Assembly: GCA_964016885.1 (NCBI GenBank)
Contig: OZ024740.1
Location: 62,000,001-62,064,000 of the forward strand
DNA length: 64,000 bases
Source of the DNA: Eledone cirrhosa
Lineage: Eukaryota
Direction of reading: 5' to 3'
The position numbers and the translations under genes are program-made. Within the stretch, counting starts at the first letter, position 1. The number at the start of each line of letters is the position of its first letter. This document shows, piece by piece, positions 26,431-38,857 of this stretch. Under the pieces are notes generated by a model. The model saw only the letters and a program-made list of their open reading frames with translations, ran no database searches and had not been told where the DNA came from.

Positions 26431-28096
26431 CTGTAGACGAACACAAATAAACAAACAAACACACAGGCAGAAAAAACCCCAAAAATGAATAAGCATAAGT
26501 TTCATTGTAATGTAGTGTTCGAATGTCTGACTTAGTTTTTCCCTTCTCTTCTCTGTCCGTCCGCTTGTTTCTCTCTTCATTCTTATTTTCTTTACGTTGT
26601 TTTTTTTTTTGTTTTTGTTTTTCTCTGTTTGTTTTTCTCGTTTTTTGCTGTTGTTGTTGTGCTGCTTTGGTTTTGATGTTTGTTTTTTCTTTTTTCTTTT
26701 GAGTCTATCTATATATTTTGATGCCTTCCTCTTTTTTAGTAGGAATTCTATAATGTGGTGGCAGCAACTAGCAGGAAGCAATGGGAGAGAATAGCGGCGG
26801 TAGCGATACTGAGACAGTGGTGGTGGTGATGTCGATACCGAGGCAGTGGTGGTGGTGATGTGATCGTATTACTGTAGTGATGGTGTTGTAGCGGTGGTAG
26901 CAATGAAGGACTGATGTCCGTTCGGTGAATCTATGGGGTTAGTCGTGTATATGTGTTGACCTAAATTCCCTTAATGTTGGGATTAAACATTTTGTTAAGA
27001 CTTGGGACAATAATAATAGTATTTATTATTATCCTTATTATGTTGAGATTGGTTGTGGTGGTGGTGAAATTGCCGTTATCTGGCTGTTGTGTTTAGTGTA
27101 CACAGAGAGGTGATGGGGTAGGTGGTGTATCTAGTTTCTGGTGTTGGTGATATTGGTGTTGTTTGGCTGTTCTATATAGTGTAGACAGAGGAGGGGGGGG
27201 GGGGGGGGTTCTTCCATTTATAGCCATTTTCTTTTTTGAATATACAATGTACAATACAAAGTTGAATATTTGAATATTTGAGCCTTATAACAATATATTT
27301 TGGGTCCGAATTTTTTTTGGGCTCAAGCCGGATGCTTTACGTAGCATTTGTACTAAGAGTTGTTATTTCACAAATGATTTAAATATGTTAAAAATTCAAA
27401 ACTTACGGGAGCGATTTCATGACCTTCTACCACCTCGTGCGTCTTCTTCCCTAATTATCATTATCATTATCATTATCATTCTTCTTCTTCTTCTTCTTCT
27501 TCTTCTTCTTCTTCTTCTTCTTTACAACAGCAGAGCAATGATGTAAAAAAAAAAAACAATTGGTTATTTAAGGATTCACTCTTGTACATATTTTGGTATG
27601 AAGTGGAATAAATGCATTTTGCCTAAGGATGAAATATATTATCAATAGTGAATGAACTCTTGGTATCAACATAACATAAAAGTACATATCACCTTAGTGA
27701 ATATTCTTATAGAAAGTTGTTTCTTGAATGAATCATTGTTATGGTACAAATCTTATTGTTACTATACAAATATAATAATTATCATTATTGTTCTTGCCTC
27801 TGCTTTTACATGTATTGTGTCAACAGCTTGCCAATGTGGCTCGCCAGAGCAAATTGCTCAAGATATACTGAATGAGTACCTGGATCTCTGCCCCCCTGAG
27901 AATATATACCTCACACACTAATCCCACCACCATGAATTGGTTACAATGCCTAAGGGGCATCACATAGTTGCAGCTGTCTCTTATGCAAGGAAAATAAGAA
28001 TCGACAATTTGTTGTTTTTTTTAATAAAACCAAACCGGTATTTTTTAAAGGAAAATTATAGCTGATGATGGGATTGAATCTATGCAATATATTCAA

Positions 28097-28324
28097 TTAA
28101 CCCTCTAGCATTTAAACCGGCTGTATCAAGCCTGAATTCTCTCACCTCTTTCTATTCAAACTGGCCATAACTGGCCATAACTGACTTATGTTAAGGTTTT
28201 GTTCTCAACATAGATGCTGTCAAAATCTCATAGATTTGATATTATGTGAGATAATGCCTTTACCATGAAAATACAATACTAAATGTAGAGTACTGTAAAT
28301 GCTAAGTAAATTCTAAAGGGTTAA
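28097..28324. mobile_element. piggyBac-type MITE copy at the left border of the tandem duplication
   Basis: TTAACCCTCTAGCATTTAAACC...CTAAAGGGTTAA. Confidence 0.8.
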
Positions 28325-29014
28325 TCAATCAAGTTCCTACAATTAGTGCAGCCAATCATTAGGGTGCTACTCTAGATGTTTAGTTGTGTGTCCATCATTG
28401 CATTTCAGTTAGCATCAGAAATTCTTGTCGGTGCTCATCTCCTCTCCAAGCGTGGACCATGGTCTTACATAAGCTTACATCTTGCTCTGTTGCACTTGCA
28501 AATAATACAATGCAACAAACCGGCAGAGATATTAGAGTGTAGGGGACAATGCTTCATGGCATTTGTACTGAGTTCACATTAACTTTGCCTTTTGCCTTTT
28601 TTCCCCTCAGGTTTGATAATTTAAAGTACCAGTCCAGTGTAGTGGATTGACAGAATTATTAGAGCATCAAATGAGATGTCTTGCAGTATTTGTTCTTACA
28701 TTTTGCATTCTGAGTTTTTAGGTGATAGACTTAAGCCTTCATCCAGTGTGACACCACCACTTTGTCCTTGGGTGCCTTTAGCAGAGTTTTCTTTGTTGAA
28801 AACATTTAGGCCAGGTGTCAGGTTTGCAGATAACTTTCTCTCCAATATTGTCTTGGATCCACTGAGAAAATAAAGGTTTTTAATCAATTATTGTACATAT
28901 ATGAAACAACACTATATTTGTATATAATAAAAGAACATTCCTCTCACTTACCTTTTCCTCAGCCCTTATGTTGATCTTTATATTTTAATTTTTACCTATT
29001 GATTGAAATTTCAG

Positions 29015-29200
29015 GTGGAGTCATTCGATGATATCCAGCGTGATGATGTTCTGTGTGTATCTAGTGGACAACTTTTCAAAGGTGTGAAGGCAGAACAAAG
29101 TGATGTACATCTTAAAGCACAGTGGGCTCGAGCAAGAAGAGTTCATGGCCCTCAGATAACAGATTTAACAGTGACTATGGAGAAAGATCCTGTAGTCAGT
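29015..29200 (+). CDS. DCDC1: DCDC1-like exon completing the DCX domain, copy 1 (186 nt, phase 0-0)
   Basis: TTTCAG acceptor, GTAAGT donor. Encodes VESFDDIQRDDVLCVSSGQLFKGVKAEQSDVHLKAQWARARRVHGPQITDLTVTMEKDPVVS, resembling recalled DCDC1 'SWDDIERDMVICVSMGHGFK...ARIRRQQGPQATDIVVS'. Confidence 0.85.
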
Positions 29201-30812
29201 GTAAGTTCGTTTTTCATTATTTAACCCTTTCGTTATTATATTGCAGATGAAATACTATATTAATACTATATTAATATGAAATTTTGAAAATAATTAAGAA
29301 TTTGCAAAAATTTAGTACAATATCAGACCGTTTCATTAAGATGGTGTTAAGAACATGTCTTAACTCTTTATGCCCTGTACCATATGATACCACACTAGTA
29401 AAACATTCTTGAAAAAAACAGCATTATGACTGCATCACATTGAAAAATTGAAGTCTTTAGTTTACTGCAAATTTTCCCAATAATCAATCCACTAGTAAAG
29501 ATACTATAAATATTTAAATTAACAAACCCACTTTTAGATATTTTCTGCCAAATCATGTTAAAAGGTGACAAACGTTTCTTATTTAAAATTATGAAGGAAA
29601 GTTTGAATTTAAATATCAACCCTTTATAGTTTTGTATAAAAAACTATAGAAAGTTTTAGGTAAGTCATTATCAAATGGGTTAGGGTTAGGGGTGCTGGAC
29701 TGGCTGGATTGTTATAGTATCTGGAAAATGCTTTGCGTATTTGTTCTAGTCCATTATGTTTGGAGTTCAAATTCCACTAAGGTTAACCATCATCCTTCTG
29801 AGGGCCAAGTACTGGAGTCAATATAAATGACTGTTCCCTTCTCCAAAATTTGAGGTCCTCTGTCTATTTAACCCATTTTATACCAAGCCACGCAAAAGTG
29901 GTTCTATGAGACAAAGTTATTTATTTTTAAGTGTTTTATTAATGAAATACTATATTAATACTATATTAATATGAACTAAAAACTTTCTATCATAATTTTA
30001 TATAAAAACAAAACTTTCATAAGTTATGCTAAAAGTGCTAATTTGATAATGATTTCTGATTGAGGCACAAAGCCAGCTATTTAACCCTTTAGCATTTAAA
30101 CCAGCCATATCTAAAGGGTTAATCAATCAAGTTCCTACAATTAGTGCAGCCAATCATTAGGGTGCTACTCTAGATGTTTAGTTGTGTGTCCATCATTGCA
30201 TTTCAGTTAGCATCAGAAATTCTTGTCGGTGCTCATCTCCTCTCCAAGCGTGGACCATGGTCTTACATAAGCTTACATCTTGCTCTGTTGCACTTGCAAA
30301 TAATACAATGCAACAAACCGGCAGAGATATTAGAGTGTAGGGGACAATGCTTCATGGCATTTGTACTGAGTTCACATTAACTTTGCCTTTTGCCTTTTTT
30401 CCCCTCAGGTTTGATAATTTAAAGTACCAGTCCAGTGTAGTGGATTGACAGAATTATTAGAGCATCAAATGAGATGTCTTGCAGTATTTGTTCTTACATT
30501 TTGCATTCTGAGTTTTTAGGTGATAGACTTAAGCCTTCATCCAGTGTGACACCACCACTTTGTCCTTGGGTGCCTTTAGCAGAGTTTTCTTTGTTGAAAA
30601 CATTTAGGCCAGGTGTCAGGTTTGCAGATAACTTTCTCTCCAATATTGTCTTGGATCCACTGAGAAAATAAAGGTTTTTAACCAATTATTGTACATATAT
30701 GAAACAACACTATATTTGTATATAATAAAAGAACATTCCTCTCACTTACCTTTTCCTCAGCCCTTATGTTGATCTTTATATTTTAATTTTTACCTATTGA
30801 TTGAAATTTCAG

Positions 30813-30998
30813 GTGGAGTCATTCGATGATATCCAGCGTGATGATGTTCTGTGTGTATCTAGTGGACAACTTTTCAAAGGTGTGAAGGCAGAACAAAGTG
30901 ATGTACATCTTAAAGCACAGTGGGATCGAGCAAGAAGAGTTCATGGCCCTCAGATAACAGATTTAACAGTGACTATGGAGAATGATTTTGTAGTCAGT
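30813..30998 (+). CDS. DCDC1: Duplicated DCDC1-like exon, copy 2 (186 nt, open, splice sites intact)
   Basis: Same acceptor and GTAAGT donor. Differs from copy 1 by WAR>WDR and KDP>NDF. Confidence 0.55.
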
Positions 30999-31847
30999 GT
31001 AAGTTAGTTTTTCATTATTTAACCCTTTCGTTATTATATTGCAGATGAAATACTATATTAATACTATATTAATATGAAATTTTGAAAATAATTAAGAATT
31101 TGCAAACATTTAGTACAATATCAGACCGTTTCATTAAGATGGTGTTAAGAACATGTCTTAACTCTTTATGCCCTGTACCATATGATACGACACTAGTAAA
31201 ACATTCTTGAAAAAAACAGCATTATGACTGCATCACATTGAAAAATTGAAGTCTTTAGTTTACTGCAAATTTTCCCAATAATCTATCCACTAGTAAAGAT
31301 ACTATAAATATTTAAATTAACAAACCCACTTTTAGATATTTTCTGCCAAATCATGTTAAAAGGTGACAAACGTTTCTTATTTAAAATTATGAAGGAAAGT
31401 TTGAATTTAAATATCAACCCTTTATAGTTTTGTATAAAAAACTATAGAAAGTTTTAGGTAAGTCATTATCAAATGGGTTAGGGTTAGGGGTGCTGGACTG
31501 GCTGGATTGTTATAGTATCTGGAAAATGCTTTGCGTATTTGTTCTAGTCCATTATGTTTGGAGTTCAAATTCCACTAAGGTTAACTATCATCCTTCTGAG
31601 GGCCAAGTACTGGAGTCAATATAAACGACTGTTCCCTTCTCCAAAATTTGAGGTCCTCTGTCTATTTAACCCATTTTATACCAAGCCACACAAAAGTGGT
31701 TCTATGAGACAAAGTTATTTATTTTTAAGTGTTTTATATTTATCTAAAAACTTTCTATCATAATTTTATATAAAAACAAAACTTTCATAAGTTATGCTAA
31801 AAGTGCTAATTTGATAATGATTTCTGATTGAGGCACAAAGCCAGCTA

Positions 31848-32064
31848 TTTAACCCTTTAGCATTTAAACCAGCCATATCCGGTCAGAATTCTCTCACCTT
31901 TTTCTGTTCAAACTAACTGTAACTGGCCACTCATACTGATGTTAAGGTATTGTTCTCAAAATAAATAATATCAAAATCTTATAAATTCAATATTATGTGA
32001 GGTAAAACCTTTACTGTGAAAATACAATAGTATATATAGAGTAATGTAAATGCTAACGGGTTAA
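31848..32064. mobile_element. piggyBac-type MITE copy at the right border of the tandem duplication
   Basis: TTAACCCTTTAGCATTTAAACCAGCCATATCC...AAATGCTAACGGGTTAA. Confidence 0.8.
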
Positions 32065-33299
32065 GTCAATTATATCAATCCCAGTTCTTAATTGGTACTT
32101 TATTTTATCAACCCCAAAAAGATAGATTTGAACACAGAATGTAAAGAGATGGAAGAAATACCATAAAACATTTTCCGTGATTCTACTGATTCTGTCAATC
32201 CACGATTGTAATAAGAGAGTTTGTTATATTAGTAAATCTCTCTGCATTCTTGATTATTTTCAAAATAATTTTAAAATTATTGGCAGTGACATTCATTAGA
32301 AAGATTTAACAGACATTAATATCAGGAATGTGTTGATGACATATATTAATTATTGAATCCAAATATTTAGCATTCTCCTGAATTAAACTACTACAATGCA
32401 GATCAAAGTCCAAAATGCTAAGAAGAATTTGTATTTTAATGCAAAATATAGGTGTTCATCAAATTTTTTTCTCATCTTCAGATTATTTTGAATTATAATT
32501 GAAAAAAAAATATGTACAAATCCAGAATCAGCTAATTTACTCCCAGAATGCAAAATTGACCCCCTCAGTAGGCTAAATTTACTCCAATTTATCCTTAATT
32601 AGACCTGAAATTTAGAGTATATTTACATTTTACATTATATTTTTATTTCTATCTGGGTTATTTTTCTTCTTCCTAAGATGAATTTATTGCAATGTCTGTT
32701 TTTTTTTTCAAACTCTTTTCTCATCTTGAAAGAGTTGACAGTATGTCTCCAATGGTATTCTCTCCAATCTACCTTGTTTGGGTAGAACAGAAAGACAGAA
32801 TAAAAATGACACAAGGAAAATAGTTTGAATCTCAGACAACACTGTAAACTCAGACAAATATCAGCACACACCTGATATACCAAAAAGGACAAGGGGATAA
32901 ATCTTGAAGTTTAACTCACAATGTCCTGTAATGATTTAGCAGAAAATATCTAAAAATGGGTTTGTTAATTCAACTGTTTATAGTATCTTTCTTAGTGGAC
33001 AGATCACTGTAAAGAAATTTACAGTATTAGAGTAAGGACACATTTTAATGCGATGTAGTCATAATGATGTTTTGTACTTTTCAAGAATGTCTTGCTAATG
33101 TGGTGTCATATGGTACAAGGTGTTAAAATGACAACACTATTGTCTTCTGAGACAATAATTTAGTCTTAAAACAACAAACATAATTGATAAAATAATGATT
33201 CTAGGCTCAATCTTGGACTAGATGTGTTGCTGATTGTCTGTTTTGTTTTTGGACTCTTTCTCACTTTGAATAAGTTAATTCAAGGTTTCCACTGGCATT

Positions 33300-33670
33300 T
33301 GGAAATGAGAATGGTCTGCTGAATGAGTGGAGTATCACTTGGAGAGAGGAAGATAAATAACGAACTGCAAAGTATGTTGGGAATAGAGCCACTGGTAAAT
33401 GTTATGAAGAGAAATGGAATAAGATGGTTGAGTCATGTGTTGAGGAAAGATCAAAGTGACCAAGTGAAAGGAGAGAGGAAATTGAATGTAGAAGGAAATA
33501 GAAGAAAGGGAAGACCAAGAAAGACATGAATAAAGATGCTGGAGGGAGGAAATGAAAGCCTGAGGTTTAGTGAATGTGGATGCAGAGGACAGAGAAAAAT
33601 AGAGATACTTGTCATAGTGCCTGCAAGGCTAACTCTTGTTTTAGTAAGGGAAATGGGTCTTAAAACATTT
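33300..33670 (+). pseudogene. Decayed RTE 3' end
   Basis: IRWLSHVLRK...VEGNRRKGRPRKT motif. Confidence 0.7.
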
Positions 33671-34829
33671 ATTGGTGTAGACAGTCAAACACAAGCCTGG
33701 GATAATAAAAATCATGATCCTGAAGTTTAATGCTTAAATATCTGAGAATGATAACTCTATTGTAAAAACAAATGGGAGGGTGGAGGAATAAACCTTTACA
33801 TTTAATTTTAAAAGTTACAGCTTTAATATAATAAAAAGGAGAGGACAAAATAAACCCTGAAGTTTCATACTTGAGTACAGTAAAATAACACAATTGGCCT
33901 AATATCCTCTAGAACAATAGTGTTAAAACAGCAAACCCAGTTGGAAAATAAAAATTCCATGGTCTATCCCAAGCGAGATCAGGGATATCACCTAAAGACA
34001 GCTGAAGAGAATAATGATTAGCATGTTGTATGAACAATATATCCTAAATGAGGAAAATAATGTGAAAAACAGACATCTTATATTCATATATGAATTATGA
34101 ATCAGAACTCTTTGTTAAATCCATGATCTTATTTATAGCAATCAACCGAGTTTGCTAAAGATAATTCTATTTGGGGGTAAGTAGCCATCTTTCAAAATTT
34201 TGATTTCAAATTATGGATGGCTTTTTTATCAAATTTATTTTGCTCTTTTACTGTAAAAGGATTTTCATCTTCAGATTTCATTACTGTAGTGATAACTTTT
34301 GTTTAAATTGCATCTTCGGTATTTATGTTGTCTTGCTTGAACACTATAAATAATGACAAACACCACAGTTAATTGTAATTCTAAATAAATTCAGATTTTC
34401 TTGTCTCATCACTCTTTCTAATTACATGCTTCTGAAACCGTCCTCATCTTAAGATGAACAATTTCAACACAAAATAAAATGAAATACAATAAATAAATAC
34501 TAAATTGACAAACTATAAAATCTCTTCACTTTATTATCACTTGGTTTTCTCCACCAGCACTATTGCTTTGCAATCACAAACACTATGCATTAAATATACA
34601 CTCACTATTGCATGCATAAGATCATTCTTCTCTCTCTCTCCCCCACTATGTTGTCTATGTTTATTTGCCATCTACTTCACAGAGGTGGAATATTAATGGT
34701 TAAGACTGGTGAGACTATTATTCAACTTAGTACTCAATACTTACAAACAGTCAAGTGTAAATATTTCAATAGCAGATATATACATATATATCACCCACCC
34801 ACTCCCCCTCTGTCTCTCTCGCTGTATAT

Positions 34830-35350
34830 ATATTGGTATAGACTTTACTGGAGAGCCTTAACAAGGGGATTCCTCAATAATTGGAGCAATCTCACTGGTC
34901 TCCCTTTTTAAAAATTGGGATTATCACTCGCACTTGTCATTGTTTAGGTGCCTTTCCAGAGATCAGCCAGAGAACATCTTTTTTATTTAAGGCTTTTAGC
35001 ATCTTGAGTTGAATTTCATCCTTCCCAGCAGTCTTAACACATTTGAGCTCTTTAATTGCTTGTATAACCTCGTATAACCTCATTGCTCCCAGTTGCACCT
35101 CGTGTACATCAGAAGATGTTGTTGGGGCCAGGATTAAGATATCAGCAAAGTAATCTCTCCACCTTGCAAGGATGCACCTCTCTAAAGTTAGGAGAACTTC
35201 AGACATGTTCCTGATAGCAGGTATGGAGGAGGACTTCTTATTACGAAGTCAGCAAATTGTCCGCTAGAATACTTAATTGCTGATCTGCAGTCAGATTCCA
35301 GCTTAACCACAAAGTCTTCTGATGTCTTAACTTTAGACGCCTTGTCTGAT
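34830..35350 (-). pseudogene. Decayed RTE-like RT fragment (related + strand copy at ~39260-40160 interrupted by a MITE)
   Basis: ILARWRDYFADIL...KTAGKDEIQLKMLKALN, followed by an NY.GI.LL-type remnant. Confidence 0.6.
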
Positions 35351-35425
35351 GACTCTGTTATAAACAGACAAAACTCCAGAGTAACAAGACTCTCTATTTA
35401 GCCTTAATAAAATGAGTATATATAC

Positions 35426-35456
<31 letters not shown>

Positions 35457-35612
35457 ACGAAGGAAATGTGGTAAGGAACCAGGTGAACCATAACGCACCA
35501 AAGTACTCAATACTTAGGGTAGTAGAGTGGGTAATAGGAACAAGTAAGACCCCGACGGCTGAGCTCAAGCCGTTTTGACGGCTTGAGCTCAGCCGTCGGG
35601 GTCTTATTTGTT

Positions 35613-35657
<45 letters not shown>

Positions 35658-35697
35658 ACACACATCTATATATATCATCCTATCTTTCTATTACTCT

Positions 35698-35734
<37 letters not shown>

Positions 35735-36559
35735 TTTTGTACCTGATCATAAAGAAAAAAATAATATGCCAATTAATTCCTCACAACTAGTCAGTTCAAA
35801 AGACAAGAATAAAACCCTGATATTAGATGGCTGGATTAAGTGTTCATTAGTGAAATTAAGAGAAATAGTTCATTGTTAGATCCCCTCACTGCCTCCCCAA
35901 TATAATGAATTGATAATGTATTATCATTCAGTCAGAGCCAACCAAACATTATCAGTTCATGTTCAACATGTGTTGGGGTTGTGTTTGTAACAATGATTTT
36001 GATCCTCTTCAAATTGCACTCTTAAATATGTCTACCTTAAATTAATGAAGATGTAGTGTAGTGAGGTTGTTTTTGCCATCTAGTAGAAAGTCAGTGCCTT
36101 GTGTTGTCACTTTGATAAAATGCACACAGTACACTCTGTAAAGTGGTTGACAATTGAATAGAGACACCATTGGGTAGAGAAGATTCCTTAGTATTTTTGA
36201 AAACATGGCAACCATGTGTTTGTCACACAATTGAATGTGCCCTATATACTCTGTTAATTAGTTGGTGTTAGGAAAAGCCTTCAGGTGTAGAAACCATGTA
36301 AAAAATTGAGTCATATGAGTGAGATATGATCCTTTGACCTATTTAGGAGGGTAGCAACTCAAAATAAGAATTGACTCAGTATATAACAACTCAGCCAGCA
36401 GAGAAAGCTGACATAAAATGATGATGGTGATTTCTTACATAGAAAAAAAACGTTTCTTATCACCTATGGATCATTGCTCCATTTTTGTAGTGCTTTTTTT
36501 CCTTTATATGGTTAGCTGAAATTACTTATATTCCTATCTACAATTTGATTAAAGGCGTG

Positions 36560-36611
<52 letters not shown>

Positions 36612-36777
36612 AGCTGAGTTTGTAATCTGAGTTTTTTGAATATTAATAATAATATTCAATTTGTTTGCAATAAAAAGAGGCTGTTTGCATAATTGCAAAC
36701 GAATCGAATATTATTAATATTCAAAAAACTCAGAGTACATTTATTGTATTCAGCCATGTAGAGGGGTAAACTATTTG

Positions 36778-36835
<58 letters not shown>

Positions 36836-38486
36836 AGTACAGCACAAATGGCAAAGCAAAAACCATTATTCCTTTGGCTAGCGGGTGGTAGACATGATTT
36901 TAGATGGAAAACTTAATTTGAGTGGTAGACTTCATCATCATCATCATTTTACGTCCATTTTCCACACTAGCATGGGTTATTTTTGGTTAGTAGATTTAAT
37001 TTGTTGTCCAGTTTAACACTATTATTGGATGCCTTTAGTGGAGTTCACTCTGTTGTAAGCATTCAGTCCAGATTGCAGTTTGAGTATATCTTCCTTCCAC
37101 CGCTCTGCGAGGTTCTGTAAAAGGTTATGGGCACCACCCTTTCTTGATAAAATTTAAATATAAAACCCTACTATCTTGATTAAGTCAACTCTGATCATCA
37201 CCAATAATATTAGTAAGTCATTTAACCATAAACATTGTAATACATAGCATCTTACAACCATTCACTGCACAATAGTTTGTAAAAAGAGTATCGCAGCATT
37301 AAAATAAAATATTGTCACAGTGGTTTACAGCAATAGCACAAACAATGCCGCTACCTCGCTCACTTATCAATGTAATATTTTGTTCTAGATTTTGTTTCTC
37401 TGTAGTTCTGATATTTTTATTTGTATTTTAAAAAATGCAGTTTCTGTGTGTGCTTGCATCTGTTCACTTTGATTTGTATGACATAGTTTATTACAAATAC
37501 CAACCATTTCATGAGGAATATTAATCTTTTTTTTTTCATTTATTTTTTGGGGGTTTTACACCTGTTTCTCTAGGCTGGTTCAATATAGTGTTAAGTGACT
37601 AACAGTGCAAGAATTCGTCCCTTTATTGGGATGTCAGTCCAGCACAAGTTTAACACCTGCTGCAGTGGCTAGTACTCATTTTAAGCTGTGTATTGTCTGA
37701 TTCTGGGATTGAACTCATGACCTTATGATTGTGAGAGCAACACCCTAACCACTAGTCCACCCACACTCCTTCCTGTCTTCTTCCTGTTGAGGTAATAAGG
37801 TTTTTGCCACATAGAAATTAAATTATATGGAAACAACTAATGGCGTATTCAGAAGACTGCTGTACGGACACCACTCATTCCTTTACTAGTGAAATTGCAT
37901 TAGTAATTGAAACAATGTTGTATCTGTTAAATGGATATTTATTTTAATATTAATATTCATAATTCATTGTGTATTTTAACTATATTTTAACTGTATATTT
38001 TTATTTTAGCTCCACTTTAAACTATTGACCACTCTATTTATTACATAAATATTATATCAAACGATGTGTTGGAAAACATACTTTTTTAAAACACTAACAT
38101 GGATACTAGCATGAAACCATAGTATGGCATATTATATATCATCATCATCATCATTTCATTTTACGTCCGCTTTTTCCCTGCTTGCAAGGGTGGGACGGGA
38201 ACTGGTTCTGGCTTGATTTCTACAGCTGGATGCCCTTCCTAACACCAACCTCATTTATAGTGAGTGCTGGGTGCTTTATTGCCGTGGCACCCCCACAACC
38301 ACTTTGCAGTGGAATAAACTGAGTAAACTGGAGCAATGTGAAATAAAGTGTCTTGCTCAAGGAAACAACACATCACCCTGAGAATTGAACTCACAACCTT
38401 TCGATTGCAAGGGCAATATATATATATAAGAGATTGCTTTGGAGAAAGCTCTCAACATTTGTAGTTACAATGGAAATTCAGTATAA

Positions 38487-38857
38487 AAATAACATAAATA
38501 AAGATGCTGATGCCACACAAATCGCCCAATCAACTCAATGCTTCTCCCATGCAACCAAGACGTGCTGCATGCATCTGCCGCTGCCACAAGAACGGCATCC
38601 CCAGACAAAATCCGACCCAGTGACATGCCGCCGGCAAGGAAAAACACACGCCCCAGTTGGTCATGTGCCCAGCAGACACATGTGTGTTTTTTTTTCCTGC
38701 CTGTAGCATGTCACTGGGTCGGATTTCGTCTGGGGATGGCGTTCTCGTGGCAGCGGCAGATGCATGAGGCACATCTTGGTTGCATGGGAGAACCATTGAG
38801 GTGATTGTTGGGATTTGGTGATTTGTGTGGCATCAGCATCTTTATTTATGTTATTTA
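38487..38857. repeat. ~370-bp foldback palindrome (MITE-like)
   Basis: Arms ~38487-38650 and ~38685-38857 are reverse complements (AAATAACATAAATAAAGATGCTGATGCCACACAAATC / GATTTGTGTGGCATCAGCATCTTTATTTATGTTATTT). Confidence 0.9.

Larger units (their letters stand above)
28313..31879. repeat. Direct tandem duplication, ~1.8 kb x 2 (28313-30110 and 30111-31879)
   Basis: Near-identical sequence at offset 1798; the paired ORFs in the ORF track agree (28376/30174, 28676/30474, 29003/30801). Confidence 0.95.

Noticed and set aside
29677-29692. GGGTTAGGGTTAGGG telomere-like repeat (also ~31475)
   Set aside because: Only about 2.5 units; the second occurrence comes from the duplication.
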